DNA of 64,000 nt. Source: Takakia lepidozioides (lineage: Eukaryota > Plantae > Bryophyta). Position 1 is the first letter of the stretch, and every line of letters begins with the position of its first letter. Under the pieces are notes generated by a model. The model saw only the letters and a list, made by a program, of their open reading frames with translations, ran no database searches and had not been told where the DNA came from. The translations under genes were made by a program, and so were the position numbers. The stretch lies in the NCBI GenBank assembly GCA_030704615.1, contig CM060734.1, forward strand, positions 11,098,001-11,162,000, given 5' to 3'. Below, in pieces: positions 12,907 through 25,500 of the stretch.

Positions 12907-13399
12907 ATGAAACAATGGTTGCAGAAGGGAACATTCTGGAGCCAGGTGAATCATCTTCCAACCTCATCTTTGTTCTTCTTTTGTTTTGTTTGGAGTTTTT
13001 TTTGTCATTGACCACCTTCGCTTATAAGAGGGTAACCAAGGGCGTAGCCGACAGAGTTAGTCATTTACGGCAAGGCTGACCGTGGAATAGATGGCAAACT
13101 GCCGAATCAGTGAGTTGAACGTAGCACAATAGAACCAATACAAGCGATAGTGTGACCATCCGAACGCTGACATGGTGAATCATATGAATGGACTGACAGA
13201 TTGCAGGTGGCCTAGGCCGCGCAACCCCACGGGTTCACGATATCTTCTCTGAACAATGCTCACGGGCTGATAACAAACCATTGAGATTTCAGGTGACAAG
13301 TTACTAGGTCCAGTCTAGGTGTCATGATGTTTTTCTGCTTCCGTTGCGGCTTCATGTATCATCGAAAGTAGGACTGACGGATTGTGTGATCAAGAGGGA

Positions 13400-14259
13400 A
13401 ATGGGAGATCTATCCTAGTGGGTGTGAAACAGGGCCCCCGTTTTTACTTTACATGCCATTTTGCAGGAGATTCTACTGAAATGAGGCTTTATTGGCAGGA
13501 TATTCGTGGCCCACATTGTTTAAGGATGCATTTGAGTGGGTTCGCAAGTGTGACGCGTGTTAGCGAGTTGGAAAACCTATACGTTCCAGTTCAATGCCAT
13601 TGGTTCCTATTTTAGCACAAGCTCCTTTTGAGAAGTGAAGTATTGATTTTGTAGGCCCCATTGCTCCAGCTTCCCGTACCGGACACAAACGGTACATATT
13701 GGTGGCTACTGAATATGTAACAAAATGGGCTGAAGCTCAAGCCACTCGCACTGATACTGCTAAAATTGTAGCCCAATTTTTGTATGAAAATATAATATCG
13801 AGGTTTGGTTGTCCATTGGAATTGATTAGTGATCGAGGTACCCATTTCATAAATGCTACAATTGCCCAATTGACGGAACGATATATGATTAAACATCGAA
13901 AGACTACTCCTTATCATCCTCGAGCCAATGGTCAGACGGACGTTTAGAACCAGTATGATGCCAGAACCAATGGACTATTATGTGGCATTTTAACTCGCAT
14001 AGTAATGGGTGTTGGTTCTGATTGGGACACTAAATTATTTGGAGCTTTATGGGCATATCGCACAACTTTTAAAACGACTATAGTATACACCCCATTTCAA
14101 TTGGTCTATGGATTGTAAGCTATCCTACCGATAGAATTGGAACTCCCAACCTTACGCATTGTGATAGCTGAACGTCTTTCTGATGACGAGTCTTCACAAT
14201 TACGTTTAATATGCTGGGAACAATTGCATGAAATTCAAAGGCAGGCATTACAAAATATT
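13400..14259 (+). pseudogene. Degenerate Ty3/Gypsy integrase fragment
   Basis: VATEYVTKWAEA, RFGCPLELISDRGTHF, TTPYHPRANGQ, with stops. Cut at 14260 by a GGGGG end. Confidence 0.9.
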
Positions 14260-15247
14260 GGGGGCAGATATATCGTGAGCGTGAGCGGTGAGCAGCTGGT
14301 CCGGGTCAGGCTCAGGACAGGATCGAGGTAGGTAAGATACTGATAAAGACAAATATGTAGAATGAAAATGAAACTATTTAGGGTGGGTGGGTGGTGAAAG
14401 CCACAGCTATAGGCGGTGCATCCCCTATGTCCGCGGACAAATTGCAGAACACCCCAAAGCTGCGGTAAGTGGAAAAAAAGTCACGTTACCAACATCAGGT
14501 CGCACATCAGTGCGATGACAAAGGAAGTCAGAAGTGGAATTGGAAATTCCACAAGGAATTCCGGATTCTTTATATGCTACAGGCTTACTATGTCTTCATA
14601 GGGCACCCGTGCAAGGACAGGTGAAGGGAACCTTTGATATAGCTCCATAGCTGGACTCGGATGCAGGGTTGCAAGCGGAACTGCTCCCAGGCGCATTGGG
14701 CACAGGAGCACTCGTCAGCTCCTCTATTTGGACGAGGCGAAAACCTGCCTTGGTTATGTCGTCCCCCTCTTCCTGGTTCAGATCTATGCCCTCTTTCACT
14801 AGCCACACAACCGGTGGGTCGGGTCGGTCCTTCACAGAGGTCGGCGTGTTGCCGTGCATGCACTGGAAAATGTCGGATGCATAGAACGAGATGACCTAAA
14901 CCTTCGATTTAACAAGCTGTGCAGAAGAATGAAATCTACCAAGGAAACAAGGTGCCGGAGTACCATATCTATCCCCTTGCCTTCGGATCTCCTTCTTGCA
15001 AAGCAGGCATAGCCTTGTAGAGGAGCAAAATGGAACCGTTATGCCCTGCTGAGCACCCGAAGCTCCAAGTTTGCCCGGCGGTCAGCTTGGGAATTAGGCG
15101 CGCGCATCAAAGCAAGTAACTATGACTTAAGCAAAGTTTACCAAAGTGAAGTACGCGACACAGTCATCTTGGGTTTTGTATTATTGCTCCACGAATCCAA
15201 ATCTACTCAAGGAAATCAGGGTGAGAATTGGATCCGCGATGCTCAAC
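14260..15247 (+). mobile_element. Left end of a diverged GGGGG-family element
   Basis: GGGGGCAGATATATCGTGAGCGTGAGCGGTGAGC terminus and a TGTCCGCGGA motif. Interrupts the integrase fragment. Confidence 0.5.
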
Positions 15248-15710
15248 GGGGGCTGCTATTTCATGAGCCATGAGCCATGAGCGGCATGAGCCATGAGCAG
15301 AGTCGTAAGTGTGGAAAAAAACATGAGCAGCACTATTTTCCGGAAATGAGTGTCCGCGGGAATAGGGTTTAGGGTGCCACGGTCATAGGGGAGAGAGGAC
15401 CTCCCGATGAAGGAGGTTCGGCAATGTTATTTAGAATTATATATTGAAAGGCAATGTTTCGCGAATGGTAGGGTGGTACTGCTCTGTACAATGGGGGCCC
15501 ATTTCAGCCTACCAGCCACTTGCAAAATCCACCCACACTCCCAATCCCAAACGAAATGAGCAATGACGCATTCTAGGAACGATGGACACAGAATAGAATA
15601 AAAAGAGGGCACAATGAGGTTTTTATTGATCCACATGAATTGCATTTGAAGCACGTCTACTGTGCTGATTGTGCAATCAAATCTTTAGCCCTGTGCCTAC
15701 TGAATACAAG

Positions 15711-16274
15711 TCACGTTGTCAATGGGACTTCGACTGCTCTCAGAACTAGCTCATGAGTCATGGGGCTCCTCCATGTAAAGTCGATTGCAGCCGTTGTACC
15801 GCCCCTAGTGATGTTCACCACAATGTCCTGCCCTTCAATCATACCACCATCGAATATGGAAATCTTCACGTTTTTGTCGTCCACACCAATGCGAATGTCC
15901 CCATACAATGGAGAAGAGGAGCGCATTCCTTGAGGAGAATAGGTCTCTCCGATGGAGTCCACCCACGTCCAGTGGCAGCAGTTCCACCGCAACAGCATAG
16001 CAGTGCGCCTTCTTCTGCATGGGTGACCGTCGTAGCTGGGAAAATCGGAATCGAGGATGCGCAGGAGCCACGGACTCCTTAGACCAAGATCGTCACCCCG
16101 CTCGAAGGCGTAGTGGCCTACGATATACTCAAAAGCCACCAATGTTTCCACAATCGAACCAGTATCTTCTGTGTAATTTGTGTACCAGATAACAATGTCT
16201 CCCGATGTGGCCGAATACATTGCATAATCGATGCCTCCAAATGGGCAGTCGTCCCGGTTCCGGAAGCATGACAT
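15711..16274 (-). CDS. ORF-X, intact 187-aa protein of unknown function
   Basis: Open ATG-to-TGA frame, conserved with the paralog at 4030 from the equivalent Met. Confidence 0.65.
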   Translation of the reverse strand: MSCFRNRDDCPFGGIDYAMYSATSGDIVIWYTNYTEDTGSIVETLVAFEYIVGHYAFERGDDLGLRSPWLLRILDSDFPSYDGHPCRRRRTAMLLRWNCCHWTWVDSIGETYSPQGMRSSSPLYGDIRIGVDDKNVKISIFDGGMIEGQDIVVNITRGGTTAAIDFTWRSPMTHELVLRAVEVPLTT

Positions 16275-16462
16275 CCTTGCAAAGGAGGACCTGAGGACGA
16301 CTTGGATGCAGATGACAATGACCTTGCGGACAGCTACGAAGCCCTTAGATTTTGGAAATGATGCGAAGCGGAAGAGCAGTCCGGCCTCCAATAATGGAGC
16401 ATCTGGGTCCCACCACCGACGGAGGTGGATGAACCCATACATCTTTCTCATCAAGAAGTTAT

Positions 16463-16962
16463 NNNNNNNNNNNNNNNNNNNNNNNNNNNNNNNNNNNNNN
16501 NNNNNNNNNNNNNNNNNNNNNNNNNNNNNNNNNNNNNNNNNNNNNNNNNNNNNNNNNNNNNNNNNNNNNNNNNNNNNNNNNNNNNNNNNNNNNNNNNNNN
16601 NNNNNNNNNNNNNNNNNNNNNNNNNNNNNNNNNNNNNNNNNNNNNNNNNNNNNNNNNNNNNNNNNNNNNNNNNNNNNNNNNNNNNNNNNNNNNNNNNNNN
16701 NNNNNNNNNNNNNNNNNNNNNNNNNNNNNNNNNNNNNNNNNNNNNNNNNNNNNNNNNNNNNNNNNNNNNNNNNNNNNNNNNNNNNNNNNNNNNNNNNNNN
16801 NNNNNNNNNNNNNNNNNNNNNNNNNNNNNNNNNNNNNNNNNNNNNNNNNNNNNNNNNNNNNNNNNNNNNNNNNNNNNNNNNNNNNNNNNNNNNNNNNNNN
16901 NNNNNNNNNNNNNNNNNNNNNNNNNNNNNNNNNNNNNNNNNNNNNNNNNNNNNNNNNNNNNN
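16463..16962. other. Assembly gap (500 N)
   Basis: Run of N. Confidence 1.
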
Positions 16963-18028
16963 TCGCGCGGCTTTTACTCACCCATCCCTTCGCTATCGAG
17001 GCGGAAACTCCAAGATAGAAGAGTTGGAAATCTCTAAGTACTCAGCCCGCGCAGAACAATCAGTCATGACCTACAGCTAGTGTATCATGGGGGTGTTTCC
17101 TATTTGTTTCCTTTTCCGCATTCATCTTAGCTACCTTACCATTGATAATTAAGTATCAGTTTGCTTCATCAATCTATCGGTTTCCTTCACTCATCCATTC
17201 AATCCACAGCTTCACTCAGATCTCTCTACACAGTGTGATTGTATCGTAAGTATCAGATTATGATTTATCAGGTATCAGGCCGAAGCCATTATGTCTCTAA
17301 TCTGCTCTACAATATCACTACAGCTTTGCATATAACAAGCATCTACTAATCCTCTTTCCTCCTTCACCGTGCTCTCCATCTTTTGCTTCCGATCTCCGCT
17401 CCAGCTGACTAGAAGTCCTCCTCCGAATAATGATAAAATCCCCTCCTCATTCCCGTTTTCCTTTATCTTCCTATCCGCAGTTCTAACCGTTTCCCTCACT
17501 AACCGTCGTCTGTGAACTAACATGTTCCCTTCGCAGGTGTTGTTCCCCACAGTCGTTCCCTGTCCTACTCTTCGTTCCCTATGATCGTGACAGCTGTGTC
17601 AAGCTGTGACTGGCTGTGTGAAACTGTGACGGGCTGTGACTGGCTGTGCGACTGTGTTTGGCTGTGTCGGGCTGACTGTGCTGGCTGTGTGGCTGTGCCG
17701 GGCTGTGTCGGCTGTGTCGGTGTGACGACTGTGACGGGCTGTGTTGGCTGTGTGGCTGGACGTGGGTGTTTGCTGTGACACTGTGACGGGCTGTGTTGGC
17801 TGTGTTTGGCTGTGTGGACTGTGACTGCTGTGTTGGCTGTGGACTGTGACGGGCTGTGTTGGCGTGTTTGACTTGACGGCTGGGTTGGCTGTGACGACTG
17901 TGACGGCTGTGTAACCCCCTCTACAGTGCGCTGCTGTCACCCCCCGGCTCCTGTTGGTCTCAGTCGTGCAAAATTAAGGGTACCTACAGATCCGTATAAG
18001 TGTCTAAGTCCCCTACAGTCCTCTAACA
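16963..18028 (-). repeat. 3' LTR (terminal 2 nt lie in the gap)
   Basis: Direct repeat of 29286-30356 ending CCTCTAACA, with many 1-nt indels relative to the other LTR. Confidence 0.93.
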
Positions 18029-18030
18029 TT

Positions 18031-18046
18031 ACCCCTTCCCCCCCTC
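18031..18046 (-). promoter_or_regulatory. Polypurine tract
   Basis: GAGGGGGGGAAGGGGT on the minus strand, 2 nt before the 3' LTR. Confidence 0.9.
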
Positions 18047-21000
18047 AAAAAGCCGTGTCCTCACGGTTTACTTTTTCCGAGTAGCAAACCTTTGTGAGTG
18101 AGCACCCTTGTTGACGTTGAGAGTTTCGTGGCGGACTGTGTGTACGAGCCCGAGGTCTGTCTCTGGTTGATGGAGATGGTTGATCACTACCTGGATAATT
18201 GAGGCCCTCTGGAGGCTGATATCGAGGTAACCTTTCCGGCATAGGAGACCCCCGTCGCTTCTTTTCTGCCATCTGAATTGCATAGTCTTCTCCCATGTCA
18301 AAGAATTCTGTGAAGAAACAGTTGTATCAGAATCCTCATCACCTCTCAGATGTTTTAATTTTCGAACCTTTTGTGAATCATCTGGGCATACAATGCTGTC
18401 CTACCATGTCTGGAAGTTTGCATTTTACAACTTGGTGTAACCGCTGAACCAAAATTGGTGTAGAGACACTGAGCTCCTTGTCTGTCCAGGTGAGTGGGGT
18501 ACCAATTACTGGGCAGCGTGCAAGTACTTCCATGCCACATGTCCCTTATAGAAAATGTCATCAAGTCCGAATTTCTGTGTTGACAAATGGTTGCAGGCTG
18601 CTTGAAACCATGAACGAATTTGAGAATCCTTTTGCATCATAACTTTTGGTCATATAGGTACATATGAGGTGGCACGAAGGTAATACCAATGATCTCCACT
18701 GGAGTAACTTTGAAAGCGTGTTTGCATCTTTTGTTGCTCAATGTGGTAACGTACCAGAAAACAAGCAGCGTAGTATAGCCCGCACCCCATGACAATACTT
18801 GCTATCTATCTGGTCTTGGTATAAATGAGTCCATGTAACAACCTGGAAAGCAACCAATTCCCTCAACATGGTACCTGCCTCGTGCCAGTATTGTGCAAAG
18901 TGATGATCTTCAATATGTCGATTGTTTGGAAGAACTTTAGTCCTAGTTGCCACTGGCAGCCAATACGCATGATTTGGTAGTAATGTGCGAATGACTGCGG
19001 AGGACTAAATTCTTTCCAAGCCAATCCAAATGATGGGAATTTGGTTGAAGGGCATAAGCATAGCCCTGCTGTACTCCCTTGCAGCTGGAGTTTTAGGTGG
19101 GTTAAAAGCGGCATTGCCCCATACCTCCGGCTGTGGTGGCTGTGGTGTGGTTGTAGTAACCACAGGTTCAGCTACTGGTACACTGACCTTTTGTGGTGGG
19201 TGGGGTACTGGCTCCTGTATCATTGGCATCTCCTGCACCTCCTGTGAAGACTGAAAAGCCAAAGTTCTGGCTTGTAAATAAGAAGCCATTAGCTGTTCCT
19301 GAGGGATATAGACTCTTTGGTCGATGTTTGAAGTGAGGTCTTCCACTTGAGTCTGGAGTCCGTCTACATCCTCTTGTAACTCTGCTATCCTACTATAGAC
19401 ATTGTCTATAGTAGTTGTGGCAATGTTCTGCACCTGCAGCCTGAGCTCATTCATCTCGCTTTGGGTGAGCTTCCGTGGGGCTTTGCCCTCTACTGGCCCT
19501 TGTGCTAACCAGACCTGCATAAGGCTGTTATCCACCAAGTTGCTTGTGGTTCCCCTGAGAGTTTGCTCCTCTCTTAGCTTGTACAATTCCAACTGCTGTT
19601 GTAAAGCCTCCATGCGCTTCGCCTGTGGCTCAACCAATTGCGCATAAGCAGCAAGTAGATTATTGGCTTCCTTCAAGCCTTGTTACTGACCGCGATTTCA
19701 TTTCTATTGGCCACGATGGTTTGTTGCAACTCCACGATGTGTTTCTCTTGATCAGCTTCCATCTGCCTGTATTGCTTGAAAGTATCTTCATTGCGACAGA
19801 TTGTATTCTTCATATCGACAATGAGCTTCATTTGCTCAACATTCTCTTCTTCTGCCTTCGTACATTTTTCCGCTTGACTGTTTATTTCTTTGTTGATTGG
19901 TCAAGCATAGTTGTAAATGTAGCACATTGTATCGCCATCCTGTTATGCACTGTCTGCAACTCCGTATGTAGTGCATTCAGTTCTTGCAACTTGCTTTCAT
20001 GCTGCACCTGCATTTGGTATAGCTGTTGCTTATGTGCTTCGTGCAACTGGTCTTGCGCGAGGCCTGCCTCAATCAATTGTTGCTTGGCCAATTGCAAAGC
20101 CATTTCTGTATTGCCCAAGTCCTGCTTCATCTTGAGAGTGACCTCTTCATCGACCTTGTTTGCACACTCAGTGGCAAGTCGAGCCTCAAACTCCTTCCTG
20201 AGTTCCTCTTTCAAGGCTGTCAATTGGGTAATTGGAACATGGGATTTGACATAAGTCCCCCACATTAAGTGTCCTGCCTATGGAACTCATCAGCATTGCC
20301 TGTTGAGGGTCATCATGGTGAGGTTGCTGCTGTTCCTCCTGATCTTCAACAGTATGATGTCTCACTAACCATTCAGGCCATTGTCCCACCGGATTTTCTT
20401 CCTGAACTACTTCATCTATCACCGGTGCTACAGTGTCATGACCTTCCGCCTGTGGTACCTCCGACACAGGTGTGTATTATATGCACCTCAGGATTTCCCT
20501 TGGGCAACTGTTGCACCTCTGGGATTTCTGTCTCCTTGACCAGACCAGAATATTCATAGAGAAGGTCCCCTTTCTCTATTTCTGCCACTATCTGTTCTGT
20601 AGTTGGAATATCTATCCCTTCACTTTCCAAATCAATTATTTCGGGTTGAGCTGCATGGATAACTTGTGACCTTGTGACAAGTCGTTCAAGTGGCTGTGAT
20701 GGTTGTGATGCAGAAGTAACTTCCTCCTCCCTCTCTGAAGGTCCTGCTTCCAGTAATAGCATTTGTCTGTGCTGCTGTGCCCCTTCCTGGCCATGAGCTT
20801 GGGAAACATTATCATGCGGAATCCGTGAAGCCAGTGGATCCGCCACTACAGTCTTTCCCCTTCTCTGCCTCTTAGTCTCGGGTTGCCCTGCTAGTCCACC
20901 CTCACTGTGTGAAGAGCCTTGCTCTTCCATTGCAGTTGTTTCTGGCTCAAACACTCCCATTTCCTTTCTTTCTTGCGCATTAAGTATGCCAGAATCAAGG

Positions 21001-21727
21001 ATTATTTGAGCAATGATTGGGCCAGACACAATGATAGGAGACTTTGCGGTAGTACCTTGTAATCTTTTCATCTCCTCTACCAGTGCGTTGTACATTATGT
21101 CCGCCCATTGTACCTCTTGTCCCTTCAGGCCTTTGAGTATTTCCTCTGTGAAGGATCTGCTCAAATATTGTTGGTTCTGTTTCAGGGCAATCAGAACGTT
21201 CAATACCTGGCCTATCTCTTTTAACCCTGGGTACACAGCTTTGTACAAGCATAACCCTGAGTTTTAAAGAAACTCCCTTCTTGGAATAAGTCCCCTATTT
21301 GCAGTCTTGCCCTGTGTTCCTCCACATGCACCTGACCTGCTGGCAATCGAAACAATTGCTGGAGGTATAGGGGAGTAATCATTAATTCAACTCCCTTCAC
21401 CGTTGTTGTTCCTGTCCTTGGCTCAAAGTTCTGCAAAAATTGTAACATGTACTGTCTATGGTGTAGTGTCCAATCTAGGCTTTGCAATCCTTCCAATCTC
21501 AGCTCCTCCAGTATCTTTATCGCCTGTGGGGTAGCCATCGTTTGTTTCTGCAGAATTGTGGTGCTCTTCACCCTGATTTCCTCCATTCCTCTCACTCTCT
21601 TCATTTTAGACTCACAGAACTGCTTTGGCTGTAACAACTGCAGGAATGCCTGTAGTGCACAAAGCATAAACGTATGGTTGCCGCAGAAAGCTATGGGTAA
21701 TTTCTTGTAAGCCTGCGGGGCTTGCAA
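18045..21727 (-). pseudogene. Extra sense ORF region downstream of integrase (Athila/Tat accessory-ORF-like N-terminus, coiled coil), frameshifted
   Basis: Chain of overlapping minus ORFs (21727-21221, 21248-20436, 20467-20186, 20265-19882, 19676-19005), with LQFLQNF...VKGVELMITP and Q/E-rich heptads. Confidence 0.65.
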
Positions 21728-22289
21728 GCATTGCTCAAGAGAAAAGCTCTGCTCTTCCTTTCGTGTCTATGCCACTGCGTAAGTAATATTGCGAGCGTAT
21801 AGTCTGTTAGTTCCTCCATAGTTTCAAGTTATAGCATTTATGGCCTGTCCTGTCGAGACGCCCGTTACTCAGAACGACGCCGCCTCTTGCGCTCAATTTC
21901 CCTCCATTTTCTTGATCCTTTCTCTGGTTTTCTATTGGCTGTATCCGCTGTGACTGGATTTTAAATTTTATCTTCTTTAGTGGACTTTCCCTCTTGGATA
22001 GTCCACTAGGATCACACATGTGACAAGAATTCGGCTTTTCTGTACTTGCCGTTCGTTCCGTTTCCCTTTTTCCGTACTCATTAATGGGCCCGGCTTTCAT
22101 CCCTTTTGACGGCCGTTCTTGTCTTCTTTCTTTTTGACACCTGTCCTTGCACTTCATTCTCTGCTGTGTGTCGCGCCCTGACCTCCACGTGTCTATTTTT
22201 AAAGTAATTTCCGTTTCCTCTTCCGTCATCCATTTTCCTGAAGTATTATGTGTCCACTTGTCACTGATTCTATGGATCGTGTAACTTTA

Positions 22290-22535
22290 GTAGGCTGTGT
22301 TGAGCTGTGACAGGCTGTGTCATACTGTGTTACGCTGTGATAGGCTGTGATGCACTGTGGTAAGCTGTGATAGGCTGTGACACGCTGTGGTAGGTTGTGA
22401 TAGGCTGTGTTGCGCCGTGCTGGGCTGTGATAGGCTGTGTTGCGCCTTGCTGGGCTGTGATAGGCTGTGTCACGTCGTGATGGGCTGTGATAGGCTGTGT
22501 CACGTCGTGATGGGCTGTGATGGCTGTGTCACGTT
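22290..22535. repeat. About 20-bp tandem repeat (CTGTGATAGGCTGTG core)
   Basis: Read directly; shares the CTGTG core with the LTR-internal tandem repeats. Confidence 0.85.
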
Positions 22536-25500
22536 TGTTTTTTGCCCGCCCTGGTCATATATGCTGGGCCTAGCGACAAGTGTTCCATACTCCGTTCGTA
22601 ACACTGGTGCAGCCCGTGACTGCTCTTGCGGTTCAACATGCAAATCATGCTGCAGGGGTTTGTCATGGATACCACTGTACCCCTTCAACTTATTTGCATT
22701 GACTCTTCCCAGCATTTCTTTGTTAATGGTTTGTAACATGGCGGTGTTGTTATCATACATCTTTTGTATGACATAAGGTCCTTTCCACGGTGATTTAAGC
22801 TTAGAAGCTTGAATCTTTCCTTTCTTCTGCAACCATAGAACCAAATCCCCCGTCTTAAAAGTCTTTAACTTGCCTTCATCAAACTGTTCCTTTCGCTTCA
22901 TCTGAATTCTGGTCATATTATCAGCTGCATCAGCACGTACTTCTTCCACATGGTATAATTCATGTTTCCTGACCTTGATGGAGTCTTGCAATTCCATTCT
23001 TTTTCCCCACTCCGTTCTCATGGTAGGTAACAGGAATTCCACTGGAAGTAAGGCTTCCATACCATAAACTAATTGGAATGGTGTATACTTAGTGGTGACT
23101 TTATATGAAGTCCTGTATGACCATAAAGCTGTCAGCAGCTTTGTATCCCAATCCGTTCTGTTTGCATTGACTATCTTAGCCAAGATAGTACATAGTATTT
23201 TGTTGGTAGCCTCTGCCTGCCCATTACCCTGTGGGTAATATGTTGTACTCTTTCTATGCACAATCATAAACTCTTTAGTCAACAACTCAATGGTCTCATT
23301 CATGAAGTGACTTCCTTGATCACTGATAAATTCTAAGGGACAGCCAAATCGTGTAAGTATGTTCTCGTACAGGAACCTTGCTGTGGACTTGGCTGTGTTG
23401 TCCCTCAAAGCTTTAGCTTCCACCCACTTTGTAGTATAATCAGTGGCTGTAATTATGTACCTGTTTCGTGTATTCTTGGATGGTGGATTAATTGGTCCAA
23501 CAAAGTCTAGTCCCCATTTCTGAAATGGTTCCGTAGGCATTGTAGGATGCAAGGCCATCCTTCCAGATCTCTGCAAAGGTCCTAGCCTCTGACATTCATC
23601 ACACTTCTGACAATACTCGTGTACATCTTTGAACAAAGTAGGCCACCAGTATCCTGCGAGTAGTATCTTTCTACTGGTAGTCTCTTCTCCAAAATGACCT
23701 CCAGCCACTCCTTTATGAACTTCCTCCAAGACTTTATTTACTTCATGGTGGTACAAGCATCGTTTTAGTACTCCATCAGGTCCTAACTTATACATTCTGC
23801 TTCCTACCATAGTATAAGGTAAAGCTTTGATAGCAATTCTCTTCCTCTGCTCCTTACCATAACTAGGTGGGCACTGACCATGAGCAAGGTAGTATCTGAT
23901 TGGCCACTGCCAATCTAACCATTCATCTGCACTTCCTTGCACCTCCATTACAAATAAACTCGCATCAGGTAACTGATCGTCCACTCCTGTGGCGGCCTCT
24001 CCTGTTGTTAGTCGTGACAAATGATCTGCCACAAGATGCAAACGGCCAGGCTTGTAAATAACCTCGAACTCAAACTCATGCAAGATTATTAACCACCTCG
24101 CTATCCTTCCACTTATCAAAGGTTTGTTCACCAGATATATCAGAGCCTGGTGATCCACATAAAACATAAACTTTCTTCCCAATAGGTAATGCCTGAATTT
24201 CTTGACTGCATAATCATTGCCAATGCTTCTCTTTCCGTTGTGCTATAGTTCCTCTCAGCACTGTTCATCAACCGGCTAGCATAGTACACAGGTGAATCTA
24301 TATTCCCTGTAACATTCTGGGCTAACACCGCTCCCAACGCTTCTCCTGATGCATCGCAGTGAACATGAAATACTACATGCCAGTGAGGGTTAATCAGCAC
24401 AGGTGTAGTTGTTACTGACAGTGTAAGTTCCTCAAACGCCTGTTGACATTCAGCTGTCCAGGCAAACACTGCATCTTTCTTCAGAAGCTTGCTCAATGGT
24501 GCTGCTATTTGTGCATACCTTTTGACAAATCTTCTGTAATAACTGGTTTGCCCAAGGAATCTCCTAGACTTTTAACATTCACTGGTGGTGGAGAGGCTTT
24601 AATGGACTCTGTCTTCCTGGGATCCACAAGGAGTCCCTTCTTACACACAATGTGTCCCAGAAGCACCCCTGAGTTCACACAGAAAGTACACTTCTCTGGA
24701 TTCAGGCCCAGACCTCTCATCCTGCATCTGGCCAAACATAACTCCAATTTATGCAAGTGCTCACTCTTAGAGCTGTACACACTGAAATCATCCAAGAATA
24801 CCTGCATGAAATCATCCAGATACTCATGAAAAGATTCACTTATCACTCTCTGAAAGGTCGCTGGTGCATTACAAAGTCCAAAGGGCATGACTTTGTATGC
24901 ATAAGCCCCCCAGTCTGTGATGAAAGCTGTTTTCCCTTGGTCTTCTTCTGCCACTTGCACTTGATTATAACCACTGAAGCCATCCATGAATGAGTACATC
25001 TCATGGCCTGCCACAGTGTCTAATACTGCTTCTGTGAATGGCAAAGGGAAAGGATCTTTCTTCGTACAAGCATTCAGCTTCTTATAGTTCACACATACTC
25101 TTAGTTTGCCATTCTTCTTGGGAACTATAACAATGGGTGACAACCAAGTTGTATACTCTATTGGGTATATAAACTTAGCCTCAGCCAACTTCTTTATCTC
25201 TTCTCCAACCTTCTGTGCGTAGTTGGGATTCATTCTATACCTCGCCTGCTTGATTGGTACTGACCCTGGTTCCAGTTCAATCTTATGCTGACAGACTTCA
25301 GGTGGTATCCCTTTTAGATCCTCATAGCTCCAAGCAAATACATCTCTGTATTTGATGAACAAGCTTTTAGCTTCTTCGAAGAATTCCGGCTCCAAATCAG
25401 CTCCTACTTTCACCATCCTCGGTTCCTCCTGAGTTCCCACATTTACTTCTCTCACCTGCTCATCAGCTGTGATTGTCCAACCAGTCACCACTTCATCCTG

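Noticed and set aside
15200-15247. tRNA-targeted insertion by the GGGGG element
   Set aside because: The left flank is only vaguely tRNA-like, and other copies insert in transposase and integrase ORFs.
16231-17037. Long ORFs spanning X residues
   Set aside because: Artefacts of the N gap.
17581-17940. Cys-rich metallothionein-like ORFs (also 29910-30394 and 22387-22776)
   Set aside because: Translations of CTGTG tandem repeats inside the retrotransposon.
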